From: a bacterium
GTDB lineage: Bacteria; UBA8248; JACPRG01; G963555815
Length of the DNA stretch: 64,000 bases
Direction: 5' to 3'
Assembly (NCBI GenBank): GCA_965261595.1
Contig: CBDHDG010000007.1
Span: forward strand, 608,001-672,000
Shown: positions 31,978 through 42,426 of the stretch, in pieces
Numbering within the stretch: the first letter of the stretch is position 1
Layout of the letters: every line of letters begins with the position of its first letter
The notes under the pieces: generated by a model
Databases searched by the model: none
The model's input: only the letters and a program-made list of their open reading frames with translations
What the model was told of the DNA's origin: nothing
Position numbers and translations under genes: made by a program

Positions 31978-32949
31978 ATGGTTAGTTCCTATAAGAACGA
32001 ATATGTCCCGGATTTCGTAACCCATCCGGGGGAAACCCTTCTAGAGGCTCTTCAGGCATTCGGTATGTCCCAAACGAAGCTTGCGAAGCTTACCGGTCGC
32101 GAAAAGAAAACAATCAACGAGATCGTCAAAGGCAAGGCGTCCATAACTCCCGAAACAGCCCTGCAATTAGAAAGGGTCTTGGGGATTCCTACTGGCTTTT
32201 GGATCGCTCGTGAGCGACTGTATCGGGAATCCCTAGATCCGAATGGGGAGGAGCAAGTGTTCGAAGGCGAGGAGGAACGGCCATCCATCATATGGAAGCT
32301 GATCAACAAGCTGGCACCTGACTCCAAAAAGGTCGGCGAATGGGTTGCCGAACTGAAGCGCGAAAATCCAGACCTCTCTCGAGATGAGTTAGCCGAGTAT
32401 ATTGGGGATCAAATCATTTGGGACTACACTAAGCAGGGTGCTGCACTCGCTATACCAGGAACGATTCCTGGACTCGGAACCCTTGTACAGATCGCAACAG
32501 AAGCCGGAACAGGATCTTTAGACATCGCGCTCATGGTGCGGAACCAAGCCTATCTAGTCTTTGCCATTGGTCACTGTTTCGGAATCAAAGGAAGAGAAAT
32601 TCTGATTCAAGACATCCTCATTTGTATTGGCCTCTGGACAAACGCGCTGGTTCTCAGCAAATCCGGCTTCGTGCGCATAGGCACCAAAGTTATCGAGGCA
32701 AACTTTAAGAAGAGGTTTCCAGGCAAGATATTGCAAGCCATCAACAAAAAGGTGGGAACAACGGTTCTCACGAAGTATGGAACCAAACGAGGAGGTATTG
32801 CAATCGGAAAGTTGATTCCTTTTGGCGGGGGTGTTGTTGTTGGCGGAGGTTTCAACTACATCATGATGAAGCGATTCAAAACAAGTTCCATAAAGTACTT
32901 GCGTGGAAAAATTGAGAAAAGGCAATCACTGACGAAAGCTGACAGCTAG
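31978..32949 (+). CDS. higA: HigA-type HTH antitoxin fused to an EcsC-like domain
   Basis: HPGETL...ITPETALQLERVLG; C-terminal part IPGLGT...KLIPFGGGVVVGGGFN. Confidence 0.72.
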   Translation: MVSSYKNEYVPDFVTHPGETLLEALQAFGMSQTKLAKLTGREKKTINEIVKGKASITPETALQLERVLGIPTGFWIARERLYRESLDPNGEEQVFEGEEERPSIIWKLINKLAPDSKKVGEWVAELKRENPDLSRDELAEYIGDQIIWDYTKQGAALAIPGTIPGLGTLVQIATEAGTGSLDIALMVRNQAYLVFAIGHCFGIKGREILIQDILICIGLWTNALVLSKSGFVRIGTKVIEANFKKRFPGKILQAINKKVGTTVLTKYGTKRGGIAIGKLIPFGGGVVVGGGFNYIMMKRFKTSSIKYLRGKIEKRQSLTKADS

Positions 32950-33372
32950 CAATTCGCTACAGCAGATCGTAAATGGGATCAGACACTATTTTCGCGCAAC
33001 CCAGATGCGGGCCAAGATCGTCAGGTGCCCTCGCGAATGTCTCTGGTCCAGTTCGGTAGATAGCATGAGGTCAGGTCTCACATTCCAACAAATAAATGAT
33101 CCGCCTCTTGGTTCAGTTGTGTTTGACTCACCCGTCTCCCCGATTTGTGCCCTGGGTATCCCGACTCAAATCGGAATTGTGCGACTTACGCATGTGACGT
33201 TGGCCCCTTGGGACGACTCATTCATGCAGTAAACTCCGGGAGGCGGTTGGATGAATGAGATTCACTCCGGTGAAGATTCATCCCTGCTCTTGGAATGACA
33301 CATTGGGGCATTTGGAACCCCTCAAAATCGTTCTTCCGCAACCTGCTAGTGTATCGTCCTTTAAATAAGTTA

Positions 33373-35680
33373 GGCGATTGTAAAAGATATGACACCGGAT
33401 TAGGCTGGTGTCGTGGACCTGAAGAGCTTTGAAGTCCTTGTAAAATCGGAAGCTACAGCGAGACGCCATCTGCTCATGGCGTGTCAGAAAAACGGGCGTA
33501 AAATCTGCCCTCGTTGTGAGGGTCGAAAACGCTACGTTTTGGGCACGCGGGGGCGCTTTCGCTGCGCTGGGTGTCGGTACACCTTCGGGCCGTTCACGGG
33601 CCGCTGGCTGGGCCAACTTCGCCTCTCGGCCCGGCAGTGGCTTTGGGTGGTGAAGCTCTTTGAGCTGGAGGTCTCGGCCCGCAAGATGGCCCAGCAACTC
33701 GCCGTGAGCTATCCGACAGCGCTGCGGGCCGTGACGACGCTCAGGCGCAGTCTTGTGGCCGGCACGCCGGGGGGACAGGAGCTTCTTCGAGGGGAGGTGG
33801 AGGCGGACGAGGCCTACTTCGGGGGCAAGCGCAAGGGCAAGAGAGGCCGAGGCGCAGCGGGTAAAGTCCCTGTTTTCGGCATATTGGAGCGGGGCGGCCG
33901 GGTGAAGGTGGAGGCGGTCGGCAACGTCAAGGCCCAGACCCTTTTGGCCTCCACCGTGAAGTTGGTCCGTCGGGGCAGCGTGGTCTACACCGACCGCTAC
34001 CGGGTCTATGACGCCCTGATGTTCTGCGGCTATCGCCACTTGCGGGTGGATCATGATCGGCGCTTCTCCCCCGCTCTAGGGTTTTGTTGGACACTCGATT
34101 GATCCATGATTCATGGAGAAAGGGGTGTCGCGATGAACGAACAAAAGCAAGAGGGGGCTTTGGCGGAGGGCGCCCGCAGGGCGAACGGAGCCAAGGCCCC
34201 AGGGCATCGCAGTGAGCGGGGTCGGTTCTCCTGCCAGCGCAAGCGGGAGGCGGTCCTGCGTCTTTTGCGGGGCGAGAGCCTGGAGACGCTCTGCCGCGAG
34301 TTGGGCACGACAGCGGCTCGGCTTTCCGCCTGGCGCGAGGCGTTCCTTCGCGGGGGCGAGGCGGCGCTCAAAGCCCGCCCGGCGGATGAGCGGGCCGAGG
34401 AGAACGCCCGGCTCAAGGCCAAGGTGGGCGAACTCACGATGGAGGGCGAGGTCCTGCGGGAGAAGATCGACCGCCTGGAGGCCGGCCGCCCTTTAGCCGG
34501 CAGGAGGTGGAGGCGATGAGTCAGGCCCGCTTCACCTCCACGGGCAGAGCCTACGGCCTGAAGCGGGTGTGCGCCCTTTGGGGCTTGGCGCGCTCCACGG
34601 TCTACGCGCAACGGCGGCGAGAGGCGGTCCCCGTTCATGAACGCCCCACGCCCAATAAGCGCGGCCCTGTGGGCCCGTGCACCGATGCGGAACTCCTCGG
34701 CCACATCCGGCAGGTCCTGGAGGACTCTCCCTTCCATGGCGAGGGCTACCGCAAGGTGTGGGCGAGGCTGCGCTTCGCGGGCATCCGCACCAGCAAGGAG
34801 CGGGTGCGTCGCCTGATGCGGGAGGCGGGGCTTCAGGCCCCCCACCGGGTGGGCAAACCCCGAGGTCCCAAGGCCCACAACGGGACCATCCGCACCGAGC
34901 GGCCCGACCGAATGTGGGGCACGGACATGACGACGACGGTGACCACCGAGGAGGGGGTGGCCTCGGTGTTCGTGGCGGTGGATCACTGCTCGGTGGACTG
35001 CGTGGGGATCCATGCGGCCAAGAGCGGCAACCGCTTCGAGGCCCTGGAGCCGATCCGGCAGGGGGTCGCCGAGCGCTTCGCCGGCTTGGAGGCGGACGTC
35101 GCCGAGGGGCTTAAAGTTCGTCACGACCACGGCCCCGCCTATCTGTCCGATGACTTTCAGCGGGAGATCACCTACCTGGGCATGACCAGTTCGCCCAGCT
35201 TCGTGCGGGCGCCCGAGGGAAATGGCTACTGTGAGTGGTTTATCCGCATCTTGAAGGAGAATCTCCTGTGGGTGCGCTCTTTCGCCACCGTAGAGGAACT
35301 GCGGTGGGCGCTGCTTGAGTTCAAGAACCTGTACAACCATCATTGGATTCTCGAGGGCTACGGCTACCGAACGCCGGCCCAGGCAAGGCAGGAAAAACTC
35401 GCTCAAGTTGCGGAGGCCGCATGAGGTCGAATACCCTCACCCGAGTGTCCAATAACCCAGGGGCGGTCCACTTCAGTCGGGGCAAAGTGCACATCAACGG
35501 CCTGGAAGGCTTTTGGGCCTACGCCAAGGAGAGGCTCATCAAACATCATGGGGTGTCCAAAGAGCGGTTCCCCCTCTACCTGAAGGAGATGGAATTCCGT
35601 TACAATCACCGACACCAGGATCTCTTTCCCCTGGTGGTCCAACATCTCACTCAATTAGTGTCAAAACCTTTATAATTCCC
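33373..35680 (+). mobile_element. IS1595-family element, transposase split by IS3
   Basis: 8-bp TSD ATAAGTTA (33365-33372, 35681-35688); imperfect TIRs; VEADE..YTD joined to HINGLEGFW. Confidence 0.88.
34067..35470 (+). mobile_element. IS3-family element copy 1 (1404 bp; orfA 34133-34519, orfB 34516-35424)
   Basis: HTH orfA, rve integrase orfB (WGTD, HDHG, GYCE); TSD CTTC. Confidence 0.93.
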
Positions 35681-35738
35681 ATAAGTTATTTAAGTATACG
35701 GCCCAATCTGGTATCTTCCCCTCGAAAGGAGGATGCCC

Positions 35739-36700
35739 ATGCGACTCGGACGACCCATGCCCCCGGTGGACCTGACGGACGGACAGCGCGAACAACTTCA
35801 GGCCCTGGGCGCCTCCCGCCCCTTCCCTCACGGCCTGGTGAGGCGGGCGCGGATTGTGCTCCTGGCCGCCCGCGCTCGATCTCCGATGAACGGGTCGCCG
35901 AGGCGGACCGAAAGACCCTGAAGACCAAGCCGCCCGACGGCACCCATTGGAGCTGCCGCACCCTGGCCGAGGCGACTGGCCTTTCCAAATCCACGGTCAA
36001 TCGCATCTGGCGGGCCTTCGCCCTTCAGCCCCATCGCCAAAAGCATTTCAAGCTCTCCACCGACCCCTTCTTTGTCGAGAAGGTCCGCGACATCGTGAGG
36101 CTCTACCTCAATCCGCCCGACAAGGCGCTGGTCTTGTGCGTGGACGAAAAAAGCCAGATCCAGGCCCTGGACCGCACCCAGCCCCTTTTGCCCCTGGGTC
36201 TGGGCTATGTCGAGGGCGTGACGCACGACTATGTTCGCAACGGCATCACGACGCTGTTCGTGGCGCTGGACATCGCCACCGGAGAGGTGCTCGGGCAATG
36301 CAAACGCCGTCATCGTCACCAGGAATTCCTTGCGTTCCTGCGCCACATCGACGCCAACGTCCCTGCGGATTTAGCGCTCCACCTCATTGTGGACAACTAC
36401 GCCACGCACAAGCACGCCAAGGTGCGAGCGTGGCTGGCGGCGCGCCCGCGCTATCATGTGCACTACGCGCCCACCTACGCCTCGTGGCTGAATCAGGTGG
36501 AGATTTGGTTTGACCTCATCACCCAACGGGTCATCCGCCGCGGGACGTTTCGGAGTGTGAAGGACTTGGTTGACAACATTGAAGCGTTTGTCCAACAGTA
36601 CAATGCGAAAGCCACTCCGTTTAGGTGGGTCGCCACGGCCGATTCGATCTTCGAGAAACTCGGACGACTTTGTAAATGTATTTCCGGGACGCGACACTAG
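35739..36700 (+). pseudogene. IS630 transposase with internal deletion/frameshift near 35870
   Basis: VDEKSQIQAL, DNYATHK, SWLNQVE; N-terminus in another frame. Confidence 0.85.
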
Positions 36701-36954
36701 AATTGCGTAAGCGATGAACCAGCCTCCATCCATTAGGGATCCGTCCATTCCACCAAAACCCTCTGCTCCAGGGATAGAAGACCCCCGTCCATCAATACGA
36801 ATCGGGGCGGTATATGACCCCCGGTGTTATGCGATTGAGGACCCCTGGAGGAAGTGCTAGGATCGCCATGCGCATTATTCGTGGCGGTGCCGTCGCACAC
36901 GCCTCCAGGGGGTTCTGTCTGTTGGAAGGCCAATCTTCAGCCAAACCCCCGCAT

Positions 36955-36972
36955 TGTTCAATATATTGAACA
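36955..36972. promoter_or_regulatory. Perfect 18-bp palindrome, putative repressor operator
   Basis: TGTTCAATATATTGAACA overlapping a leftward TTGACA-17nt-AACAAT. Confidence 0.55.
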
Positions 36973-36998
36973 GACTGTCAAGCGGGAATTTCACGATA

Positions 36999-37469
36999 TT
37001 GGACAGAGAATTTGTTAACCGATTGCGGATGGTAGCGGGTCAAAGATCCGTTCGTGAGGTTGGTAAGGCGGTCCAACGGCCCTATACGACCATCCACAGC
37101 TATTTGAAGGAGGAGCGCGAGCCACCCGCGTCTTTCATCGCCGACTTCTGCCGGGCGTTTGAGATTTCAGAGCACTGGCTCTTAACAGGCGAGGGCCCAA
37201 TGCAGCAGGTCGGTGTAAAGTCCTCCGAAGAACTGAATACCCCTGTCGCCAGGGAGGCCACACGGTCGTACAAGGCCGGCACAGGTCGAGATCTCAACGA
37301 ACTCTTTGACCGCCAGATGGGAATCCTGAAGCACATCCGGTCTATGGGAAAAGAGGGCAGGGAATTCGCCGATGTGGTCGCGGCCCTGATTCAGCTAAAG
37401 GAAAAGGACCTGAAGAAATACAGGGCGTTGATGACACTTTTCGACGTCGGGAAGAAATCCGTGAACTGA
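36999..37469 (+). CDS. CI-like HTH repressor
   Basis: RLR...TIHSYLKEEREP...ISEHWLLTGEGPM; start uncertain (36954 or 36999). Confidence 0.7.
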   Translation: MDREFVNRLRMVAGQRSVREVGKAVQRPYTTIHSYLKEEREPPASFIADFCRAFEISEHWLLTGEGPMQQVGVKSSEELNTPVAREATRSYKAGTGRDLNELFDRQMGILKHIRSMGKEGREFADVVAALIQLKEKDLKKYRALMTLFDVGKKSVN

Positions 37470-37707
37470 CAGCAGCCACGCCCACACGGACTCCCCCTTG
37501 AATAAGCAACCGCCCCTCGACATTTTCAGCCCGGGCCCGCCGCCTAAACACACAGAATCTCATTTCCCAACCCCTTATTTTTCCGCTTCTCCTGAAATCC
37601 ACTTCCCCCCCCTTTCCTGGCCGGGAAGAAAAGAGGGCGCCGCGTTGACGCGCTTTGACCTGCGTGCTATGAGGGTGCGGCCTATTCCAACTTGAGGGGA
37701 ATCCGTC

Positions 37708-38088
37708 TTGCAAAAAGAGGTGATTCACTCCGCCAAAGTCCCCCCCGCGAAGGTCCCCCTCTCCCAGGGCGTCAAGCTGGGGGACATGGTCTATTGCTCC
37801 GGACAGTTGGGCAACGACCCGGCGACCGGACAGCTCGTTCCGGGCGGCATCGGCCCGGAGACGCGGCAGGTGTGTGAAAACCTGAAGGCCGTCCTCGAAG
37901 CTGCGGGATCTTCGCTCGACAAGGCCGTCAAGGTGACCATCTTCCTGGCGGACCTGAGCGAGATGATCGAGATGAACAACGTCTTCAACGAATATTTCCC
38001 GAAGGACCCGCCCGCGCGGACGACCCTGGCCGTGAAGGACCTCATCGGCGGCGCGCGTCTCGAAATCGAGCTGACGGCGCCTCTGTAG
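37708..38088 (+). CDS. ridA: RidA family imine deaminase
   Basis: SGQ, NLKAVLEAAG, PPART, EIE. Confidence 0.9.
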   Translation: MQKEVIHSAKVPPAKVPLSQGVKLGDMVYCSGQLGNDPATGQLVPGGIGPETRQVCENLKAVLEAAGSSLDKAVKVTIFLADLSEMIEMNNVFNEYFPKDPPARTTLAVKDLIGGARLEIELTAPL

Positions 38089-38125
38089 CGCCGTCACCCG
38101 TTGAAAAAGCGCGTGGGAGTCTCCG

Positions 38126-38834
38126 ATGGCCGAGAAGAACGGCTTGGCGTGTTTCTTCAAAAACCAAGTTGCGCATTGGGCTTTGCTTCTCGTGTTGTTG
38201 GGGATTACGTGGGCCGTCCGCTCACAGATGGAAGCGGGGGATTCCGGCTTTCTTGGTCTAAGCGTCCGGTTCTGGTTTCTCCTCTCCCTGGGCGTCCCGA
38301 TTCTGCATCAGGTTTTCATCTGGGGGGTTTGGAGAGCGGAGCTTTGTTATTCGGCCGTGACCGGGACGTTCGGAACAAAGGGATTCGAGTGCTACGCGAT
38401 CCTTTTCTCTATCCTCGGCATCTCACGGGTCCTCGCGGTTCTCGGCTTGGGGATCGCCGACTTTCAAAGCCTGGGCCCTGCCCCCCGCCCTCACGGTCGC
38501 GCTCTTGGTCCTGCTCACGCCGCCGGCGGCGTACCTGGGTTTTTCCGTCGCGAAATACTTCGGGGCTCGGCGGGCGTTCGGGATCGACCACTTCGACGCG
38601 GCCTATCGAAACAAACCGCTCGAGAAGCGGGGGATCTTCAAATACACCCGAAACGGCATGTACTGGTACGGATTCCTCATCTTCTGGGTCATGGCGATCG
38701 CTTGCAATTCCCGCTTGGCCCTTCTGCTGGCATTTTTCAACCACGCTTACATTTGGGTCCATTATCACTGTACGGAGAAGCCCGATCTGCGAATCCTCTA
38801 CGGCAATCGCCGAACCGCTTCCAATGAAACCTGA
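38126..38834 (+). pseudogene. Phospholipid methyltransferase (PEMT)-like membrane protein, frameshifted near 38475
   Basis: GIDHFD...GIFKYTRNGMY...HYHCTEKPD; split over two frames. Confidence 0.7.
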
Positions 38835-38855
38835 ACCCCAAAAGGTCCGATTGAA

Positions 38856-39353
38856 ATGAGCCAATCCGTCGTGGGTGTCGTCATGGGCAGCGACAGCGAC
38901 CATCCGGTCATGTCGGAGGCCCTTTCCGTTCTGGACGAGCTCGGAATCCCTTACGAATTCCTGGTCGCCTCGGCCCACCGGACGCCGGACCGGGTCAGGG
39001 AGTACGTCCGCAAGGCCGAAGCCGGGGGGACGAAGGTCTTCATCGCGGGAGCGGGCGGCGCCGCGCACCTGGCGGGCGTCATCGCGGCGGAGACCCTCCG
39101 TCCCGTCATCGGCGTGCCGCTGGACAGCGCCCTGGGCGGGATCGATTCGGTCCTCTCAACGGTTCAGATGCCCAAGGGCGTCCCCGTCGCGACGATGTCC
39201 ATCGGCCGGGCCGGGGCGCAGAACGCCGCTCTCCTGGCCGCGGCGATCCTCGCCCTGAGCGACGCCGACCTCGCCGCCCGCCTGAAGGCCCGCCGCGAGC
39301 GGACGGCCGCCGAGGTTACGGAGAAATCGAAACGCGTCGGGGGTCTCGGGTGA
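38856..39353 (+). CDS. purE: N5-CAIR mutase
   Basis: MGSDSD, SAHRTP, AAHLAG, VQMPKGVPVA. Confidence 0.96.
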   Translation: MSQSVVGVVMGSDSDHPVMSEALSVLDELGIPYEFLVASAHRTPDRVREYVRKAEAGGTKVFIAGAGGAAHLAGVIAAETLRPVIGVPLDSALGGIDSVLSTVQMPKGVPVATMSIGRAGAQNAALLAAAILALSDADLAARLKARRERTAAEVTEKSKRVGGLG

Positions 39354-39985
39354 CCGTCCGCCGGTTGTCCGCCGATCCCGCAGGCCCCGATGGCCCGGCC
39401 CTGGAAGAAGCGGCGCGGATCATCCGCGGCGGAGGGCTCGTCGCCGTCCCCACTGAAACCTTCTACGCCCTGGCCGCCGACGGCCTCGACCGCGAAGCCG
39501 TCGCGCGTGCCCTGTCGGCGAAGGGGCGGGAGGAGCGGAAACCCACGGGACTGCTGTTGAGCGGCGTTGAGATGTTGGAACGGGTGGCTGAAAATATCCC
39601 GGACGCGGCCCGAATCCTCATGAAACGCTTCTGGCCGGGGCCGCTCAGCCTGATTTTTCCCGGCCGGCCGGACCTCCCGTCCGGCGTGCTGGGGGAGGGC
39701 CGCGGCGTCAGCGCGCGCGCGCCCGGATCGGCGGTGGCCCTGGAAGTCGTGAGGCTCGCCGGACGCCCGGTGACGGCGACGAGCGCCAACCGGGCGGGGG
39801 AAAATCCGCCGAGGACGGCGGATGACGTCGAACAGAGTCTTGGAGACCTTCTGGACGCCGTCCTCGACGGGGGGGAGACGCCCGGCGGCTCGCCCTCTAC
39901 GCTTGTGGATGTTCGGGGGGAAAAACCCATCCTCATCCGGGAAGGGGAGATCCCCTGGGAAGCGGTGATCTCCTCTTTGCGGTAA
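39350..39985 (+). CDS. tsaC: L-threonylcarbamoyladenylate synthase
   Basis: PTETFYAL, KGR, FWPGPL, TSAN, STLVD. Confidence 0.92.
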   Translation: MTVRRLSADPAGPDGPALEEAARIIRGGGLVAVPTETFYALAADGLDREAVARALSAKGREERKPTGLLLSGVEMLERVAENIPDAARILMKRFWPGPLSLIFPGRPDLPSGVLGEGRGVSARAPGSAVALEVVRLAGRPVTATSANRAGENPPRTADDVEQSLGDLLDAVLDGGETPGGSPSTLVDVRGEKPILIREGEIPWEAVISSLR

Positions 39986-40043
39986 GGCGGCTTCCCGGGC
40001 CGTGATAAAATAACTGTTTTTGCACCCACACCGAGGAGCGTCG

Positions 40044-41180
40044 ATGTCCAAGTACAAACACATACACGGAACGTCCAAGAATGTCCGCCGCGTCGGGCGG
40101 ATCGACATTCCGGGGGGCGGGCAGGTGACCGTCGTCGACAAGCGGGCCTACATCGGCCACATGGGGGCGCCGCACGGGACGACGCTCCTGGACGTCTCGG
40201 ACCCCAAGAACATCCGCACGCTCTCGCATGTCGAGATCCCCGAAGGCGTCCACACCCACAAGGTTCGCGCGCACGGCGACATCATGGTGACCAACGTCGA
40301 GCGGTACGGGAAGGGAAGCACGGCCCAGGGCGGATTAAAGATCTACGATGTCTCCAACCCCGCGAAGCCTCAGGAAATCGCCTTCTTCCACGCGACGGAG
40401 GGCGGCGTCCACCGGTTCGACTTCGACGGACGGTATGTTTACTTCTCCCCTTTCATGGAGGGCTACCGGGGGAACATCGTCCTGATCGCCGATCTCAACA
40501 AGCCGGAGAAGCCGGAGGAGGTGGGCCGGTGGTGGCTGCCGGGCCAGTGGACCGCCGGGGGGGAAACACCCGATTGGGAGGGCACGCGCCACAAGTGCCA
40601 TCACCCCCTCAAGATGGGCGACCGGCTCTACGTCAGTTATTGGCTCGGCGGATTCGTCATCCTGGATATTTCGGACATGACCCGGCCCCAAATGTTGAGC
40701 CACGTCGACTGGAGCCCGCCCTACCCCTGTCCGACGCACACGGCGCTGCCCATCCCCCACGAGATCCGGGGCCGGAAGTTCATGGCGGCCACGGACGAGG
40801 ACGTGGGGGACCGGCTGGCCTCCAAGCCCAACGGCTGGTTCTGGATGGTGGACATCACCGATGAGACGAACCCCGTCCCCGTCTCCACCTGGTCCTATCC
40901 CCAGGACCACGACTTCGACCCGAACGAATGGTTCGGCGCGCATCAGCCCCAGGAGCAGGTCTACGACCACAACCTCCTGTCCCTGACCTGGTTCGCCGGA
41001 GGAATGCGCCTCCTGGACATCAGCAACCCGTACCGCCCCGAAGAAGTCGGCCATTTCGTCCCCAAGCCCGGCAAGGGCCAGACGATGGTCCAGAGCAACG
41101 ACGTCTTCATGGACTCGGACGGATTGATCTATCTGCTGGATCGGTTCGACGGGTTGGAGATTCTGGAATACACAGGCTGA
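40044..41180 (+). CDS. LVIVD-repeat protein
   Basis: Repeated LLDVSDP/ILDISD/LDISNP motifs, HTHK, THT, FGAH. Confidence 0.8.
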   Translation: MSKYKHIHGTSKNVRRVGRIDIPGGGQVTVVDKRAYIGHMGAPHGTTLLDVSDPKNIRTLSHVEIPEGVHTHKVRAHGDIMVTNVERYGKGSTAQGGLKIYDVSNPAKPQEIAFFHATEGGVHRFDFDGRYVYFSPFMEGYRGNIVLIADLNKPEKPEEVGRWWLPGQWTAGGETPDWEGTRHKCHHPLKMGDRLYVSYWLGGFVILDISDMTRPQMLSHVDWSPPYPCPTHTALPIPHEIRGRKFMAATDEDVGDRLASKPNGWFWMVDITDETNPVPVSTWSYPQDHDFDPNEWFGAHQPQEQVYDHNLLSLTWFAGGMRLLDISNPYRPEEVGHFVPKPGKGQTMVQSNDVFMDSDGLIYLLDRFDGLEILEYTG

Positions 41181-41325
41181 CCCCGGCGCGGCCGGCCGGC
41201 GGGGCGCTTGCTCCGGAGAATCCCATTTCTCCGGAAACCACCGAGAAAACCCTTTGGATCGCTGAAGAACAGAAGCCTGATCCCGGATTCGGCGGGCGGC
41301 GTCGAACCATGCGCGGAAAAAACGC

Positions 41326-42075
41326 TCAGGCCCCAACTTCCTCCATCACCGCGTCGGGGATGTCGAAGTTGGCGTAGACGTTCTGGACATCATCTTGATC
41401 TTCCAGAGCCTCCATCAGCCGGAGGACCTGTCGGGCCTTGTCGGCGTCGAGCGCGACCGTGTTCTGGGGGACCATCGTCTGCTCCGCGGAGGACAGGGGG
41501 ATATCCTGTTCGGTCAGCGTATCCCGGACGGTCTCGAACGACTCGGGGTCGGTTGTGACCTCGAAGCACCCATCTTCCTTCGTGAGATCTTCCGCGCCGG
41601 CCTCCAGGGCGATTTCCATCAGCCGATCCTCATCCGCCCGGTCGGCATCGATGAGAATAACGCCCTTCATCTCGAATATCCACGCCACCCCCCCGGTCTC
41701 GCCCAGGTTTCCGCCGTTCTTGGAAAAGATGTTACGAATTTCCGCTACGGTCCGGTTCCGGTTGTCTGTCAAGACATGGGTCAGAACCGCGACCCCGCCC
41801 GGCCCATAGCCCTCGTAGGTCACTTCATCGTACGTAACGCCCTCGAGCTCGCCCGCGCCCTTCAGGATGGCCCGCTCGATGTTGTCCTGAGGCATGTTGG
41901 CGGCCTTGCCCGCGGCGATCGCCGTGCGAAGCCTCGGATTGGCGTCCGGATCCTTTCCGCCCATCCGGGCCGATACGGTGATCTCCTTGATCAACTTGGT
42001 GAAAATCTTCCCCCGCTTGGCGTCTGTCGCCGCTTTTTTGTGCTTGATGCTGGACCACTTTGAATGCCCGGACAC
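41326..42075 (-). CDS. yebC: YebC/PmpR family protein
   Basis: [29 protein letters not shown]. Confidence 0.96.
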   Translation of the reverse strand: MSGHSKWSSIKHKKAATDAKRGKIFTKLIKEITVSARMGGKDPDANPRLRTAIAAGKAANMPQDNIERAILKGAGELEGVTYDEVTYEGYGPGGVAVLTHVLTDNRNRTVAEIRNIFSKNGGNLGETGGVAWIFEMKGVILIDADRADEDRLMEIALEAGAEDLTKEDGCFEVTTDPESFETVRDTLTEQDIPLSSAEQTMVPQNTVALDADKARQVLRLMEALEDQDDVQNVYANFDIPDAVMEEVGA

Positions 42076-42426
42076 GACCCTCGACCCCTTCCGCCAGAGA
42101 AAAGAATCATCCTTTCACGAAGCGCCGTTCAGAAAACGGAGAATGACATCCAATTATCATCCGGTCCCCGAAAAGTCAAGGATGCCCGCGCGTGATGGGT
42201 GAGCTTTGATCATTCGACAAGTCGGTCCCCTCGATTGTGATCGACCGTCAATACCGAATCCGTAGTTCCAAATGGAACGGAAACCGGATGATTCACTTAA
42301 CCGCGTTTTCTTCTGTTGTCAGTATTAACGCCTAGGTGGAAATTACATGGCACGTGATTTGCAACGCCTGCACGCAGGAAGCGGAAAGAAATTGTCAATT
42401 CCTGCTTTGGTTAGAGGATTTCTTTC

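Larger units (their letters stand above)
29888..31985 (+). pseudogene. higB: HigB/RelE-like toxin split by an IS1595 element, plus an internal TAA
   Basis: MEIAFNDKRF...RARLI joined to RLRLDDLAAA..LP*ARCHELKG..SVDLDHPYRLLF..DTHG. Confidence 0.8.
33346..36700 (+). mobile_element. IS630-family element interrupted at its left end
   Basis: Ends CTAGTGTATCGTCC... and ...GGACGCGACACTAG are imperfect inverted repeats with TA flanks. Confidence 0.75.

Noticed and set aside
29740..37470. Intact prophage or integron
   Set aside because: No integrase, structural genes or attC array were seen.
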